A program made the position numbers and the translations under genes. A DNA stretch of 64,000 bases from Escherichia coli 042. GTDB taxonomy: Bacteria; Pseudomonadota; Gammaproteobacteria; Enterobacterales; Enterobacteriaceae. Below, in pieces: positions 52,923 to 63,969 of this stretch (within the stretch, counting starts at the first letter, position 1; each line of letters begins with the position of its first letter). Under the pieces are notes generated by a model. The model did not search any database. It worked only from the letters and a program-made list of their open reading frames with translations, and was not told the DNA's origin. The stretch lies in assembly GCF_000027125.1 (NCBI RefSeq), contig NC_017626.1. One strand, written 5' to 3'.

Positions 52923-55256
52923 ATGAAAATGAACGTAACCGCCACCGTCAGCCATGCGCTCGGCCACTGGCCGCGTATTCTCCCGGCGCTGGGGATTCAG
53001 GTGCTGAAAAACCGTCATCAGCCCTGTCCGGTCTGTGGCGGGAGTGACCGCTTCCGTTTTGATGACAGGGAGGGGCGCGGCACCTGGTACTGCAATCAGT
53101 GTGGTGCCGGTGACGGCCTGAAACTGGTTGAAAAGGTGTTTGGTGTTTCCCCGTCCGACGCGGCCGCAAAGGTGGCTGCCGTGACCGGCAGCCTGCCACC
53201 GGCTGACCCGGCAGTGACGACCGCCGCCGTTGCTGAAACAGACGCTGCCCGGAAGAACGCCGCCGCACTGGCACAAACCCTGATGGCGAAAACCCGTCCC
53301 GGAACCGGTAACGCCTACCTGACCCGCAAGGGCTTTCCCGGCCGGGAATGCCGGATGCTGACCGGCACACACAGAGCCGGTGGCGTGAGCTGGCGCGCCG
53401 GTGACCTTGTGGTGCCACTGTATGACGACAGCGGCGAACTGGTTAACCTTCAGTTAATCAGTGCTGACGGCCGTAAGCGCACCCTGAAAGGCGGACAGGT
53501 CAGGGGCACCTGTCACACCCTTGAAGGACAGAATCAGGCCGGAAAACGTCTGTGGATAGCGGAGGGATACGCGACCGCACTTACCGTACATCACCTGACC
53601 GGTGAAACGGTGATGGTGGCGCTTTCTTCCGTGAACCTCCTTTCTCTGGCCAGCCTTGCCCGGCAGAAGCATCCGGCCTGTCAGATTGTCCTTGCCGCAG
53701 ACCGTGACCTCAGCGGTGACGGCCAGAAAAAAGCCGCCGCAGCCGCAGATGCGTGTGAGGGCGTTGTTGCCCTGCCGCCGGTCTTCGGTGACTGGAATGA
53801 TGCCTTCACGCAGTACGGCGGGGAGGCCACCCGTAAGGCCATTTACGATGCCATCCGGCCACCGGCTGAAAGCCCGTTCGACACCATGAGCGAAGCAGAG
53901 TTTTCCGCCATGAGTACCAGCGAAAAGGCCATGCGTATCTATGAGCATTACGGCGAGGCGCTCGCGGTCGATGCCAACGGCCAGCTTCTGTCCCGCTATG
54001 AAAATGGTGTCTGGAAGGTGCTGCCGCCACAGGACTTTGCCCGGGATGTGGCCGGGCTGTTTCAGCGGCTGCGTGCGCCGTTCTCCTCCGGGAAGGTGGC
54101 CTCCGTGGTGGACACCCTGAAGCTGATTATTCCGCAGCAGGAAGCCCCCTCCCGCCGCCTGATTGGCTTTCGTAACGGCGTGCTCGACACGCAGAACGGT
54201 ACGTTCCACCCGCACAGTCCGTCACACTGGATGCGCACCCTGTGCGATGTGGATTTCACCCCGCCGGTGGACGGTGAAACGCTGGAAACCCACGCTCCCG
54301 CGTTCTGGCGCTGGCTTGACCGTGCTGCCGGTGGTCGTGCGGAAAAACGCGACGTGATTCTGGCCGCACTGTTTATGGTGCTCGCAAACCGCTACGACTG
54401 GCAGCTCTTTCTGGAGGTGACCGGTCCCGGCGGCAGCGGCAAAAGTATCATGGCCGAAATAGCCACCCTGCTGGCCGGGGAGGATAACGCCACATCGGCC
54501 ACCATTGAGACGCTGGAATCCCCGCGTGAACGTGCCGCGTTAACTGGCTTCTCACTGATACGCCTGCCGGACCAGGAAAAATGGAGCGGCGACGGTGCCG
54601 GACTCAAGGCCATCACCGGCGGCGATGCGGTGTCCGTTGACCCGAAATACCGGGATGCATACTCCACGCATATCCCGGCGGTGATTCGGGCCGTGAACAA
54701 TAACCCGATGCGCTTCACCGACCGCAGCGGCGGCGTGTCACGCCGGCGGGTGATTATTCACTTCCCGGAACAGATAGCCCCGCAGGAGCGCGACCCGCAG
54801 CTTAAGGACAAAATCACCCGCGAGCTGGCGGTCATCGTGCGTCACCTGATGCAGAAGTTCAGCGACCCGATGCTCGCCCGGTCACTGCTTCAGTCCCAGC
54901 AGAACTCAGACGAGGCGCTGAACATCAAACGGGATGCCGACCCGACGTTTGATTTTATCGGCTATCTGGAAACCCTGCCGCAGACCAGCGGCATGTATAT
55001 GGGGAACGCCAGTATCATCCCGCGCAATTACCGTAAATACCTCTATCACGCCTATCTGGCCTACATGGAGGCAAACGGCTACCGGAACGTACTCAGTCTG
55101 AAAATGTTCGGGCTGGGGCTGCCGGTGATGCTGAAGGAATACGGACTGAATTACGAGAAACGCCATACCAAACAGGGGATACAGACCAACCTGACGCTGA
55201 AAGAGGAAAGCTACGGCGACTGGCTGCCAAAATGTGACGACCCTGCAACAACCTGA
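52923..55256 (+). CDS. alpha: P4 alpha primase-helicase
   Basis: 777 aa; CPVCGGSDRFRFDDREGRGTWYCNQCGAGDGL zinc motif; TOPRIM (IAEGYATALT ... LAADRD); P-loop GPGGSGKS; length equals P4 alpha as recalled. Confidence 0.9.
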   Translation: MKMNVTATVSHALGHWPRILPALGIQVLKNRHQPCPVCGGSDRFRFDDREGRGTWYCNQCGAGDGLKLVEKVFGVSPSDAAAKVAAVTGSLPPADPAVTTAAVAETDAARKNAAALAQTLMAKTRPGTGNAYLTRKGFPGRECRMLTGTHRAGGVSWRAGDLVVPLYDDSGELVNLQLISADGRKRTLKGGQVRGTCHTLEGQNQAGKRLWIAEGYATALTVHHLTGETVMVALSSVNLLSLASLARQKHPACQIVLAADRDLSGDGQKKAAAAADACEGVVALPPVFGDWNDAFTQYGGEATRKAIYDAIRPPAESPFDTMSEAEFSAMSTSEKAMRIYEHYGEALAVDANGQLLSRYENGVWKVLPPQDFARDVAGLFQRLRAPFSSGKVASVVDTLKLIIPQQEAPSRRLIGFRNGVLDTQNGTFHPHSPSHWMRTLCDVDFTPPVDGETLETHAPAFWRWLDRAAGGRAEKRDVILAALFMVLANRYDWQLFLEVTGPGGSGKSIMAEIATLLAGEDNATSATIETLESPRERAALTGFSLIRLPDQEKWSGDGAGLKAITGGDAVSVDPKYRDAYSTHIPAVIRAVNNNPMRFTDRSGGVSRRRVIIHFPEQIAPQERDPQLKDKITRELAVIVRHLMQKFSDPMLARSLLQSQQNSDEALNIKRDADPTFDFIGYLETLPQTSGMYMGNASIIPRNYRKYLYHAYLAYMEANGYRNVLSLKMFGLGLPVMLKEYGLNYEKRHTKQGIQTNLTLKEESYGDWLPKCDDPATT

Positions 55257-55305
55257 CCCACCTGACCGGCATCTGCCGGTCTTTTTTTATCCCGACATCC
55301 CCCGA

Positions 55306-55580
55306 AGGTGAACAATCCAGTGTTCACCCTTCACCGTATATTCACCCGTTATCACACTGAAATTAAAAGAAAAAAACGAAAGGTGAACAGTGTGAACAAT
55401 CAAATCAAAAAAACTTTTTTTCTTCCTGTGTGATTTTCAGTGCGGAGGATTAATCACCTGTATGAGTCACACCGGCAGAATGCCGTAGGTGAAGAATCGA
55501 ATGTTCACCCTTCACCCATTATTCACCACCTATCCAACTGAAATAAAAGGAGAAAACAGAAAGGGGAACAGTGTGAACAG
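55306..55580. repeat. Two direct copies of a 95-bp iteron-containing unit (crr- or ori-like) downstream of alpha
   Basis: Unit aggtgaaCaatccaGtgttcacccttcacc...aaaggtgaacagtgtgaacaa at 55306..55400, repeated with minor changes at 55486..55580; each unit has several TGTTCACC/GGTGAACA octamers. Confidence 0.65.
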
Positions 55581-55732
55581 TTCTTCCGAAAAAAAATTTT
55601 TTTCCTGAGTTAACGTGCGTGAAGATGCGTGTAAAAATTAATCGATAGATATTATATGTATAAGGATGTGTATAAATGAATTAGAGCTGATAAATATAAA
55701 CGATTGGAATCAAATGGTTATATATCAATTTA

Positions 55733-55755
55733 GACTCCTGTGATCTTCCGCCAAA
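55733..55755. repeat. attR (duplicate of the selC 3' end)
   Basis: gactcctgtgatcttccgccaaa, identical to 44680..44702. Confidence 0.8.
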
Positions 55756-56391
55756 ATTCCTCTTCTGACGTTCTCCAACCCCTTGTAATACTGTCAATCC
55801 AGATATTTTCTACTGCTCAATATTCAATCGGCTTCAGGAATACCTGATCAAAGGTTTTGTGATGGACGATGAGCGACTGAAGAATCCGCCTGTCGGTTCT
55901 TCTGTCCTCGAACGCATCCGCGATATTCGCGCCAGCATGCGCCGTGTTTATTTGCAGGTGATTTGCCCCCCTGCTGACTCTCAGCCAACTGTATCGCCAT
56001 TAAGGTGAAGATGTTGTTTTACACGCCCCAGAACACCCTTTTTTTATACGACGATTCTATTCCTTTAACCGCTGACGAAAAAAACTGACCTATAAACTTC
56101 ACCAATAATCAGACTGCCATCAAGATTAATGTGTTCATTTAATATATCAAATAAACTTGTTTTATTTTTACTATCAAAAATAGCTCATTGCCTTACTATA
56201 ATTAATATATAAATTCGGTGATTAATTCTTAACATGCTTTTGCTAATAATCTCAATTGCTGGCCCTATAATATTGCGCTAGCATTGTTTTCTGGTTGTAT
56301 CAGCGATACTCAAAAATTCTTAATATAATACTCATTCGACTGGTACTTATTTGTAACTCAGTTATATTTTGTCGCCCGGTGATTCAGAAGA

Positions 56392-57576
56392 ATGCAAAAA
56401 ACGGCTACCACTCCATCAAAAATACTTGATCTCACTGCCGCGGCATTTTTACTTGTCGCCTTTCTGACTGGTATTGCGGGCGCTCTCCAGACTCCCACTC
56501 TAAGTATATTCCTCGCAGATGAACTGAAAGCCCGTCCTATAATGGTAGGTTTTTTCTTCACCGGTAGCGCTATTATGGGAATTCTGGTCAGTCAATTTCT
56601 GGCAAGGCACTCCGATAAACAAGGCGACCGTAAATTACTGATCCTGCTATGTTGCTTATTTGGAGTGCTGGCCTGCACGCTTTTTGCATGGAATCGCAAC
56701 TACTTCATTCTCCTCTCTACGGGCGTACTTCTGAGTAGTTTTGCTTCCACTGCAAACCCGCAAATGTTCGCCCTCGCCCGTGAACACGCCGACAGAACAG
56801 GCCGTGAGACGGTCATGTTCAGTACATTTTTACGTGCTCAGATCTCGCTTGCCTGGGTTATCGGGCCACCGCTCGCTTATGAGCTGGCAATGGGATTTAG
56901 TTTTAAAGTGATGTATCTCACCGCTGCCATCGCATTTGTTGTTTGCGGGCTGATAGTCTGGTTGTTTTTGCCATCAATACAAAGAAATATTCCTGTCGTT
57001 ACCCAACCCGTAGAAATTTTACCCTCCATCCATAGAAAGCGGGATACACGGCTACTTTTTGTGGTCTGTTCAATGATGTGGGCGGCGAATAATCTCTACA
57101 TGATAAATATGCCGCTATTTATTATTGATGAACTGCATCTAACCGATAAACTGGCTGGAGAAATGATTGGTATTGCTGCCGGTCTGGAAATTCCGATGAT
57201 GTTAATCGCAGGCTATTACATGAAACGTATTGGCAAGCGACTATTAATGCTCATTGCTATCGTGAGTGGTATGTGTTTTTACGCCAGCGTACTCATGGCG
57301 ACGACTCCGGCAGTAGAGCTGGAATTGCAAATTCTAAATGCCATCTTCCTTGGTATTCTCTGTGGTATAGGCATGCTTTATTTTCAGGATCTGATGCCTG
57401 AAAAAATAGGCTCTGCGACAACGTTATATGCAAATACCTCACGCGTCGGCTGGATTATCGCCGGCTCTGTTGACGGAATTATGGTTGAAATCTGGAGCTA
57501 CCACGCGTTGTTCTGGCTGGCGATAGGAATGCTGGGTATTGCGATGATTTGCCTGCTGTTTATTAAAGATATTTAG
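56392..57576 (+). CDS. setC: Sugar efflux transporter (MFS, SET family)
   Basis: 394 aa MQKTATTPSKILDLTAAAFLLVAFLTGIAG; synteny downstream of selC. Confidence 0.85.
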   Translation: MQKTATTPSKILDLTAAAFLLVAFLTGIAGALQTPTLSIFLADELKARPIMVGFFFTGSAIMGILVSQFLARHSDKQGDRKLLILLCCLFGVLACTLFAWNRNYFILLSTGVLLSSFASTANPQMFALAREHADRTGRETVMFSTFLRAQISLAWVIGPPLAYELAMGFSFKVMYLTAAIAFVVCGLIVWLFLPSIQRNIPVVTQPVEILPSIHRKRDTRLLFVVCSMMWAANNLYMINMPLFIIDELHLTDKLAGEMIGIAAGLEIPMMLIAGYYMKRIGKRLLMLIAIVSGMCFYASVLMATTPAVELELQILNAIFLGILCGIGMLYFQDLMPEKIGSATTLYANTSRVGWIIAGSVDGIMVEIWSYHALFWLAIGMLGIAMICLLFIKDI

Positions 57577-57686
57577 CTCACCTGTCTGGGCTAAGAAAAA
57601 TCGGCGTGGCGCAAACAGAGCCATCCTCGCCATTTTTGCTATCATGCCTGCATACATAAACGACAAAACAGTATGCAGAGGGAAAA

Positions 57687-58610
57687 ATGGGTTCCACCAG
57701 AAAGGGGATGCTGAACGTTCTGATTGCCGCCGTGTTGTGGGGAAGTTCAGGGGTCTGCGCGCAATACATCATGGAGCAAAGCCAGATGTCGTCGCAGTTT
57801 TTGACTATGACGCGTTTGATATTCGCCGGTTTGATTCTGCTGACGCTGTCATTTGTGCATGGCGATAAAATCTTTTCTATTATTAACAATCACAAAGATG
57901 CCATTAGTCTGCTGATTTTTTCCGTGGTTGGTGCGCTAACCGTACAGCTCACTTTTTTACTAACCATTGAAAAATCGAATGCTGCCACGGCAACGGTGCT
58001 GCAATTCCTCTCACCGACGATTATCGTCGCCTGGTTCTCACTGGTGCGTAAATCTCGCCCGGGCATTCTGGTTTTCTGCGCTATTTTGACATCGCTGATC
58101 GGGACTTTTTTATTGGTGACACACGGTAATCCGACGTCATTATCGATCTCTCCGGCCGCGTTATTCTGGGGCATTGCCTCGGCATTTGCTGCTGCATTCT
58201 ATACCACCTATCCCTCAACGCTGATTGCCCGCTATGGCACGTTACCGGTCGTCGGCTGGAGTATGCTGATCGGTGGTCTGATCCTGCTGCCCTTCTATGC
58301 CGGGCAAGGAACAAACTTCGTGGTTAATGGCAGCCTGATTCTGGCGTTTTTCTATCTGGTGGTAATCGGAACTTCGCTAACCTTTAGTCTATATCTGAAA
58401 GGCGCACAGCTCATTGGCGGGCCAAAAGCCAGCATTCTGAGCTGTGCAGAACCATTAAGTAGCGCGCTGCTCTCTTTGCTGTTGCTGGGGATCACGTTCA
58501 CATTGCCGGACTGGCTGGGAACGCTGCTGATTCTGTCATCGGTGATTTTGATTTCAATGGATTCTCGTCGCCGCGCCAGAAAAATAAATCGTCCGGCGCG
58601 GCATGAGTGA
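57687..58610 (+). CDS. yicL: EamA/DMT-family transporter
   Basis: 307 aa polytopic [27 protein letters not shown]. Confidence 0.85.
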   Translation: MGSTRKGMLNVLIAAVLWGSSGVCAQYIMEQSQMSSQFLTMTRLIFAGLILLTLSFVHGDKIFSIINNHKDAISLLIFSVVGALTVQLTFLLTIEKSNAATATVLQFLSPTIIVAWFSLVRKSRPGILVFCAILTSLIGTFLLVTHGNPTSLSISPAALFWGIASAFAAAFYTTYPSTLIARYGTLPVVGWSMLIGGLILLPFYAGQGTNFVVNGSLILAFFYLVVIGTSLTFSLYLKGAQLIGGPKASILSCAEPLSSALLSLLLLGITFTLPDWLGTLLILSSVILISMDSRRRARKINRPARHE

Positions 58611-58613
58611 GAA

Positions 58614-59432
58614 TTACCAGCCAGGCACCGCGCCACCGTTAAAGATGGTTTCTGCCGCTTTAGCGACTTCGGGCGATTGATAAGATTGCAGAAATTCCTT
58701 CACGTTTTCTGCATTCTTATTATCTTCCCGTGCCACCAGAATATTCACATACGGCGAATTCTTATCTTCAATAAATACGCTGTCGTGCACCGGAGAAAGC
58801 CCGGTCTGCTGAATGTAAGTGGTGCTGATAATCGCCACATCAACTTTGGGATCATCCAGTACGCGCGGGAGCTGTGCCCCCTCGAGTTCCATAATCTGCA
58901 AATGACGAGGATTCTCGGTTATATCCAGCGCGGTAGGTAGTAACCCTTTTCCCTCTTTCAGAGTAATTAGCTTCTCTTTTTGCAACAGTAAAAGCGCGCG
59001 ACCAAGGTTGGTCGGGTCGTTGGGGATCGCCACTGTCGCGCCTTCTTTTATTTGCGCCACGGTTTTGATTTTTTTGGAATAACCCGCCATGGGGAAGACA
59101 AACGTATTTCCCACCGCTACCAGTTTATAACCATGCGCCTGATTATCTTGTTCAAGAAAGGGGCGATGCTGGAAGACGTTCGCATCAAGCTCGCCATGAT
59201 TTGTCGCATCGTTCGGTAGCAACGAACCGCTAAATCCTACCAGTTCAACATCGAGGCCATACTTCTCTTTTGCCACCTTTTTAGCGACTTCCGCGACATC
59301 TTGTTCTGCGCCATTAATAACGCCCACTTTAATGTGCTTTTCATCGCTGTTGCTCTGGTCGCAACCTGCCAGCAGAATTCCTGCCAGCAATAATGAGGCC
59401 CCCACCCGTAGATGATGTGTTGTCAGTTTCAC
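58614..59432 (-). CDS. nlpA: Methionine-binding lipoprotein (lipoprotein-28)
   Basis: 272 aa; lipobox LLAGC at the N-terminus; MetQ/NlpA fold. Confidence 0.85.
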   Translation of the reverse strand: MKLTTHHLRVGASLLLAGILLAGCDQSNSDEKHIKVGVINGAEQDVAEVAKKVAKEKYGLDVELVGFSGSLLPNDATNHGELDANVFQHRPFLEQDNQAHGYKLVAVGNTFVFPMAGYSKKIKTVAQIKEGATVAIPNDPTNLGRALLLLQKEKLITLKEGKGLLPTALDITENPRHLQIMELEGAQLPRVLDDPKVDVAIISTTYIQQTGLSPVHDSVFIEDKNSPYVNILVAREDNKNAENVKEFLQSYQSPEVAKAAETIFNGGAVPGW

Positions 59433-59641
59433 TTTTTTATCCTTTTTTTAATCGTTAACTGACTATAATGGCAAGATCACTACGATTTAAAAAACGAAAA
59501 GCTATCGAATAGAAGAAAAAGGTATATAAAACTGGCACTTCTTACTGACCACGCAAACACCTTTCGTACAGCATGATGAGAGCGGCAAAAGCAAACTACA
59601 CTTATGCTTCATTCGATGCACATTTGCAGAAGGTTGCAGCT

Positions 59642-59935
59642 ATGAAGCCAACGATGCTACTCATGATTACCGTATTCCTGACTTTTTCAGCCATTTCTCA
59701 GGCCGAATCGCCATTCAGTTCTCTACAGTCGGCAAAAGAAAAGACCACGGTATTGCAAGATTTACGTAAAATTTGCACGCCACAGGCGTCATTATCAGAC
59801 GAAGCGTGGGAAAAATTAATGTTGTCTGATGAGAATAACAAACAACATATCCGCGAAGCTATTGTGGCGATGGAGCGTAATAATCAGAATAACTACTGGG
59901 AAGCGCTGGGTAAGGTGGAATGCCCGGATATGTGA
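59642..59935 (+). CDS. yicS: Small secreted protein YicS
   Basis: ORF 59573..59935; start placed at MKPTMLLMITVFLTFSAISQA (signal peptide). Confidence 0.75.
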   Translation: MKPTMLLMITVFLTFSAISQAESPFSSLQSAKEKTTVLQDLRKICTPQASLSDEAWEKLMLSDENNKQHIREAIVAMERNNQNNYWEALGKVECPDM

Positions 59936-60236
59936 ATTTCGCACACCTCCGCGCTCAGGCCAGCAGCCGCTGACGTACGCTCGCACATCAGTAAATCACC
60001 TGCTTTTTCAAATTCCAATCAAAATTGCACCCGTTCATCAGGATTGTGGAGGAATTTCCCTCTACATTGTTTTCATTTCATCACATAGAAAATCTTATCT
60101 CATTGAAACAATACTTGTTTTTAATGAAGAAAAGGAAGCCCAACGGATGGGCATAAAAATGAGCGAATTTTGATATCACCACCCTCTAAAAAATGGTGAA
60201 GTCTGCACAAAGAATGTTCGAAAGGAGAGAGTAGAG

Positions 60237-60734
60237 ATGGAAAGCGCAAATCTGGATTTAGAAGAAAATAAAGAAATTGCCAGTAAGTTCGAACGTGCAC
60301 TAGGTATGGGAGCAACACTTGCAGAGCTGCATGGCATTACTCCGGATACACTTGAAGGCGTTTATGCTTACGCTTATAACTTTTATGAAAAAGGAAGACT
60401 TGACGAAGCTGAACTCTTTTTTAAATTTCTCTGTATTTATGATTTCCAAAATTATAACTATTTAAAAGGATATGCCGCCGTCTGTCAGTTGAAGAAAGAT
60501 TATCAAAAGGCATTCGACATGTATCATATCTGTTTAATGCTATCTCCCGATAACGATTTCTCTTTGGTTTATTACATGGGCCAGTGCCAGATGGGCTTAA
60601 AAAACACTAAAATGGCCACGGAGTTATTTAATACAGTCGTAACCTACAGCCAAAATGAAAAAATTAAAGAGATGGCTACTGCTTATCTTGAACTCTTGAC
60701 AGCCAATACCGAAGAGGAAGTTCAAACAGAGTGA
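60237..60734 (+). CDS. Type III secretion class II (TPR) chaperone, SicA/SycD/IpgC family
   Basis: 165 aa; TPR-like helices (LEGVYAYAYNFYEKGRLDEAELFFKFLCIYDFQNYNYLKGYAAVCQ); strong SD aaaggaga; followed by translocator-like genes; possibly the eicA-eipBCD locus described in enteroaggregative E. coli (from memory). Confidence 0.65.
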   Translation: MESANLDLEENKEIASKFERALGMGATLAELHGITPDTLEGVYAYAYNFYEKGRLDEAELFFKFLCIYDFQNYNYLKGYAAVCQLKKDYQKAFDMYHICLMLSPDNDFSLVYYMGQCQMGLKNTKMATELFNTVVTYSQNEKIKEMATAYLELLTANTEEEVQTE

Positions 60735-60980
60735 GTCGGCAAAATGAACATAAACGGAAAAAACTCTTCTTTTACGCCTGAAGAGTTAACCAGGAAATAT
60801 CATGAGAAAGCCCCGGTTGATTTAAAAATAACCATAGCGATAAAATAAATGAGAAGAATAACAATAAACACATTGCTTACTTTCCCGTTGATGCCATTTT
60901 AGATGGGAATAAACATCTGCCATGAGTTAAATAAAAAAGAATTAATTACACCCGATGATAGCTTAAAAAGGAGGTGAATT

Positions 60981-62762
60981 ATGTCGGCACCGATTACGGG
61001 ACAAACGATCACGTTTGAACAAATCAGCGAAACATTGCGCACACAGTATAGCGATGCGGAAAAAAGACTGCAGGACAGCAGCAAAACGCAAGTTGATCCC
61101 ATGCGGCTTAATAAAAACCCGAAATCCCTTGATAATGATATTCGCGCTCGTCTTGAAAACAAACCGATGCTTGCTCCGCCTGAAATGCAGGTTTTAGATT
61201 CAGACAACGCCACTACAGCAAAGACGAACGATGCCCGCCTGACGATGATTTTGGGTAATCTAACAGGCATTGCCGATCAGGATATTACAACACGATTGCA
61301 TAATAACCTTGACAGCACCCTGCTTCGACACGAAATGGCACATAATAAGTTTCGTGAATTAAGTGACGCTTACTCCTCGTCATTAGATTCCGCGCAAAAA
61401 GCCAACGACATCATGCATCAGGCCAATAATAATTACAATGCGGTCGATAAAAAGGTGCAATCGCTGGAGAAAAAAGTCAATGCATTGAATCAAGAGCTGT
61501 CGCAACTGCAACCTGGCGATCCGCAATATAATAAAGTGCTGACGCAAAAAAATGCGGCTGAGAAAACACTCACGCTGTCATTACAAAAAAAATCGTTAGC
61601 TGAGAAATCGTTAAATACAGCCATTATGGATGCTGATGCTGCGATCGGCCAAAGTATGGAAATTTTTGACGAAATTCAACAGCAAGAACAGATTAATAAC
61701 TTTACCACCAATATTTGCCTGACCCAGGAAAACCAGAAAAACAGAAACGCGACAGCCACATTTATCCTTTTGATTACCTCAGTAATGGAAGTTATTGGTG
61801 ATACCAATTGCGAATCTATTAAAAATCAGTCTGAGGTAATGAAAGAGATTAACCATGTCAGGGAAAATAAACTCAATGAAACAGCGCGTAAATATACTAA
61901 ATGGACAAAAGTTGTAAAAATCGTTAATGAGTGTGTAACTGTAGCTACCATTGCCATGAGCGCAATCTTAATTGTTGTTGGTCTTCTTGCTGCAGTTCCA
62001 AGTGGTGGTTCAAGTATTGCGGGTGCATTAGCACTTATTGGAGGAATAGCGGGCGCAGTAGTATTAGGTGTAGATATCACTTGTCAAATCGCTCTGGGCA
62101 CCACGGCTACCGGCTGGATTTTAGGGAAAGTTGTAGAAGGTCTTTCGGCTGCTATTAAAACAGTTGATCCCACTCTGCTCGCAATCACCGCGCTTCTGGA
62201 CGTTATTGGTGTCGATCAAGATACGATTGAACTGGTTAAAAGTATTTACGCAAGTGCAGCCGCTTCTATTGTCATGGCGACAGTAATGATTGGTGCAGCT
62301 GTAATATGTTCTGTAGCAATAGGGGCCGTTGTTTCTGCATTATCAAAAACAGCCGCAGAAGAAGTCACCAAAGAAATAACAAGCACTATAAAATCAACCA
62401 TTGAATCTATTATTAAATCCGTTTCAAAAAATATTATAAAGGTATTAAACAGAGTATGCAGCATGATACAAACATCAGTCGTAGTTTTGAAGTTGATTGC
62501 CAAGATAAGTAATGCTCTGGAGAAAATAGGCTTAGCTATCTGTGAAACAGCAACATCGATAATGAATTATTGTGTTGCTGAAAACTCTGCCGACATGGCA
62601 ATTTTACAACAGGACATGAGTAATCTATCAAAAACGCGTGAACAAATGCTTTCAGTATTGCAAAGGGTGGATAAAACCGTCGAACAAGAGGTAAGTCAGA
62701 TGGTAAGAGTATTACAACACCGAACTGAAACCTTAAAATTTGCTTCCCATTCTATCGTATAA
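60981..62762 (+). CDS. T3SS major translocator, SipB/IpaB/YopB family-like
   Basis: 593 aa; coiled-coil N-terminal region then long hydrophobic hairpin (AMSAILIVVGLLAAVPSGGSSIAGALALIGGIAGAVVLGV...); SD aaggagg; directly after the chaperone gene. Confidence 0.6.
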   Translation: MSAPITGQTITFEQISETLRTQYSDAEKRLQDSSKTQVDPMRLNKNPKSLDNDIRARLENKPMLAPPEMQVLDSDNATTAKTNDARLTMILGNLTGIADQDITTRLHNNLDSTLLRHEMAHNKFRELSDAYSSSLDSAQKANDIMHQANNNYNAVDKKVQSLEKKVNALNQELSQLQPGDPQYNKVLTQKNAAEKTLTLSLQKKSLAEKSLNTAIMDADAAIGQSMEIFDEIQQQEQINNFTTNICLTQENQKNRNATATFILLITSVMEVIGDTNCESIKNQSEVMKEINHVRENKLNETARKYTKWTKVVKIVNECVTVATIAMSAILIVVGLLAAVPSGGSSIAGALALIGGIAGAVVLGVDITCQIALGTTATGWILGKVVEGLSAAIKTVDPTLLAITALLDVIGVDQDTIELVKSIYASAAASIVMATVMIGAAVICSVAIGAVVSALSKTAAEEVTKEITSTIKSTIESIIKSVSKNIIKVLNRVCSMIQTSVVVLKLIAKISNALEKIGLAICETATSIMNYCVAENSADMAILQQDMSNLSKTREQMLSVLQRVDKTVEQEVSQMVRVLQHRTETLKFASHSIV

Positions 62763-62774
62763 GAGGGTTCTAAC

Positions 62775-63926
62775 ATGGCCACCTATGAAATTAAAAATGC
62801 GACCAGCACACATAATATTAACAATCTCGATAAAACAATCTTTGATAGAGATTATAGTAAAGAAAACAACATACCAAATGATAATAAAATTGTGCAATAC
62901 TATAACCTTAAAGATATTAAGCATGACATAAGCTCTCAGTTTATAATATTAAAAAATACAGACAGAGAAGTCTGTCCGGAACTAAGAGTAAAACTATTGG
63001 ATAATCTTAATTATTCAAGGAATACGCTAGATAATTTGAGGGGTGACCTTAACAAACCTACAATTACATCCAGTCAATCAAGCAGTTCTACAGAGCAGAC
63101 CACTATTAAAATATCTAAATTTAATATCCTTGATATGCTAGATAATTTGACCATGCGACAACAAGCTGTTATGGAGGAATTTTTAAGGGTATTCACATCA
63201 ATGTATAAAGCCTCAGCTATGTCTGAGGCTATTATGAGCAATGTTTTTGAACAACTTGTCCAGTATCAGAGAAAAGAAACCGAACGCGCCACAGCAGCAA
63301 GTTCGATAGGTGTTATTATCGGGTCAGGAGTTGGCGCAGTCGGGGCCTCGGCATCTGCCGTAGCAAATTACAGAAGCCATCCCAAAAAGATGGTAACCCT
63401 TACACCTGACCAAGAGCATACTATCGAAAGAACTGATGATAATGCACAGCGCGCGTCAAAAAGGGAAGTTATAGAGCAACAAGCTTCTCTCAAACAAATA
63501 GATGAAAAAATAAAAAATACAACGAAAGATACGAATCTTAATGAAAAAGAAAAAGAAGAGGCGCTGAAATCATATGATAAAGAAAAAGAAGCTACTCTAG
63601 AAAAGATTAGAGATACAAACGAGAAAATTAGCACAAAACATAACAATAGGTATAATAAATATTTTACTATAGGTAAAGCAGATGTACTTTCACAGCTTAG
63701 CAATGAATCAATTCGAGCAACATCTAGATATCTAGAAAGCACTACTCATGCAGAAAAAGACATTGTTGAACAGGCTAAAAATGTTATGCATTCAGTTATG
63801 AGTAGCTATCTGGATCAAATTAGTCGTGATGTTCAAGGAAGAGATCAGGCACTTAATTTATTACAGCAAATAATACAAACCATTATTGATACTGATAGCG
63901 CTATCGTTCAAGGCATTCGCTCATAA
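62775..63926 (+). CDS. T3SS minor translocator, SipC/IpaC family-like
   Basis: 383 aa; central hydrophobic segment AASSIGVIIGSGVGAVGASASAV; K/E-rich coiled-coil C-terminal region; position after the SipB-like gene. Confidence 0.5.
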   Translation: MATYEIKNATSTHNINNLDKTIFDRDYSKENNIPNDNKIVQYYNLKDIKHDISSQFIILKNTDREVCPELRVKLLDNLNYSRNTLDNLRGDLNKPTITSSQSSSSTEQTTIKISKFNILDMLDNLTMRQQAVMEEFLRVFTSMYKASAMSEAIMSNVFEQLVQYQRKETERATAASSIGVIIGSGVGAVGASASAVANYRSHPKKMVTLTPDQEHTIERTDDNAQRASKREVIEQQASLKQIDEKIKNTTKDTNLNEKEKEEALKSYDKEKEATLEKIRDTNEKISTKHNNRYNKYFTIGKADVLSQLSNESIRATSRYLESTTHAEKDIVEQAKNVMHSVMSSYLDQISRDVQGRDQALNLLQQIIQTIIDTDSAIVQGIRS

Positions 63927-63969
63927 ATAATTGCAATAATAGTTAATTATATTTAAGGAGGAATGACTC

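Larger units (their letters stand above)
44680..55755. mobile_element. P4-like satellite prophage integrated at selC (island 2, about 11 kb)
   Basis: 23-bp direct repeat of the tRNA 3' end at both ends; int, cos, psu, delta, sid, vis, alpha and TGTTCACC iterons in P4 order. Confidence 0.85.

Noticed and set aside
53454-54215. 253-aa minus-strand ORF
   Set aside because: Antisense within the alpha primase gene; no independent support
55306-55580. Possible CRISPR array (short repeats downstream of alpha)
   Set aside because: The repeat unit is about 95 bp with internal 8-bp iterons rather than 28-37 bp repeats separated by unique spacers, and no cas genes are present; better explained as P4-type ori/crr iterons
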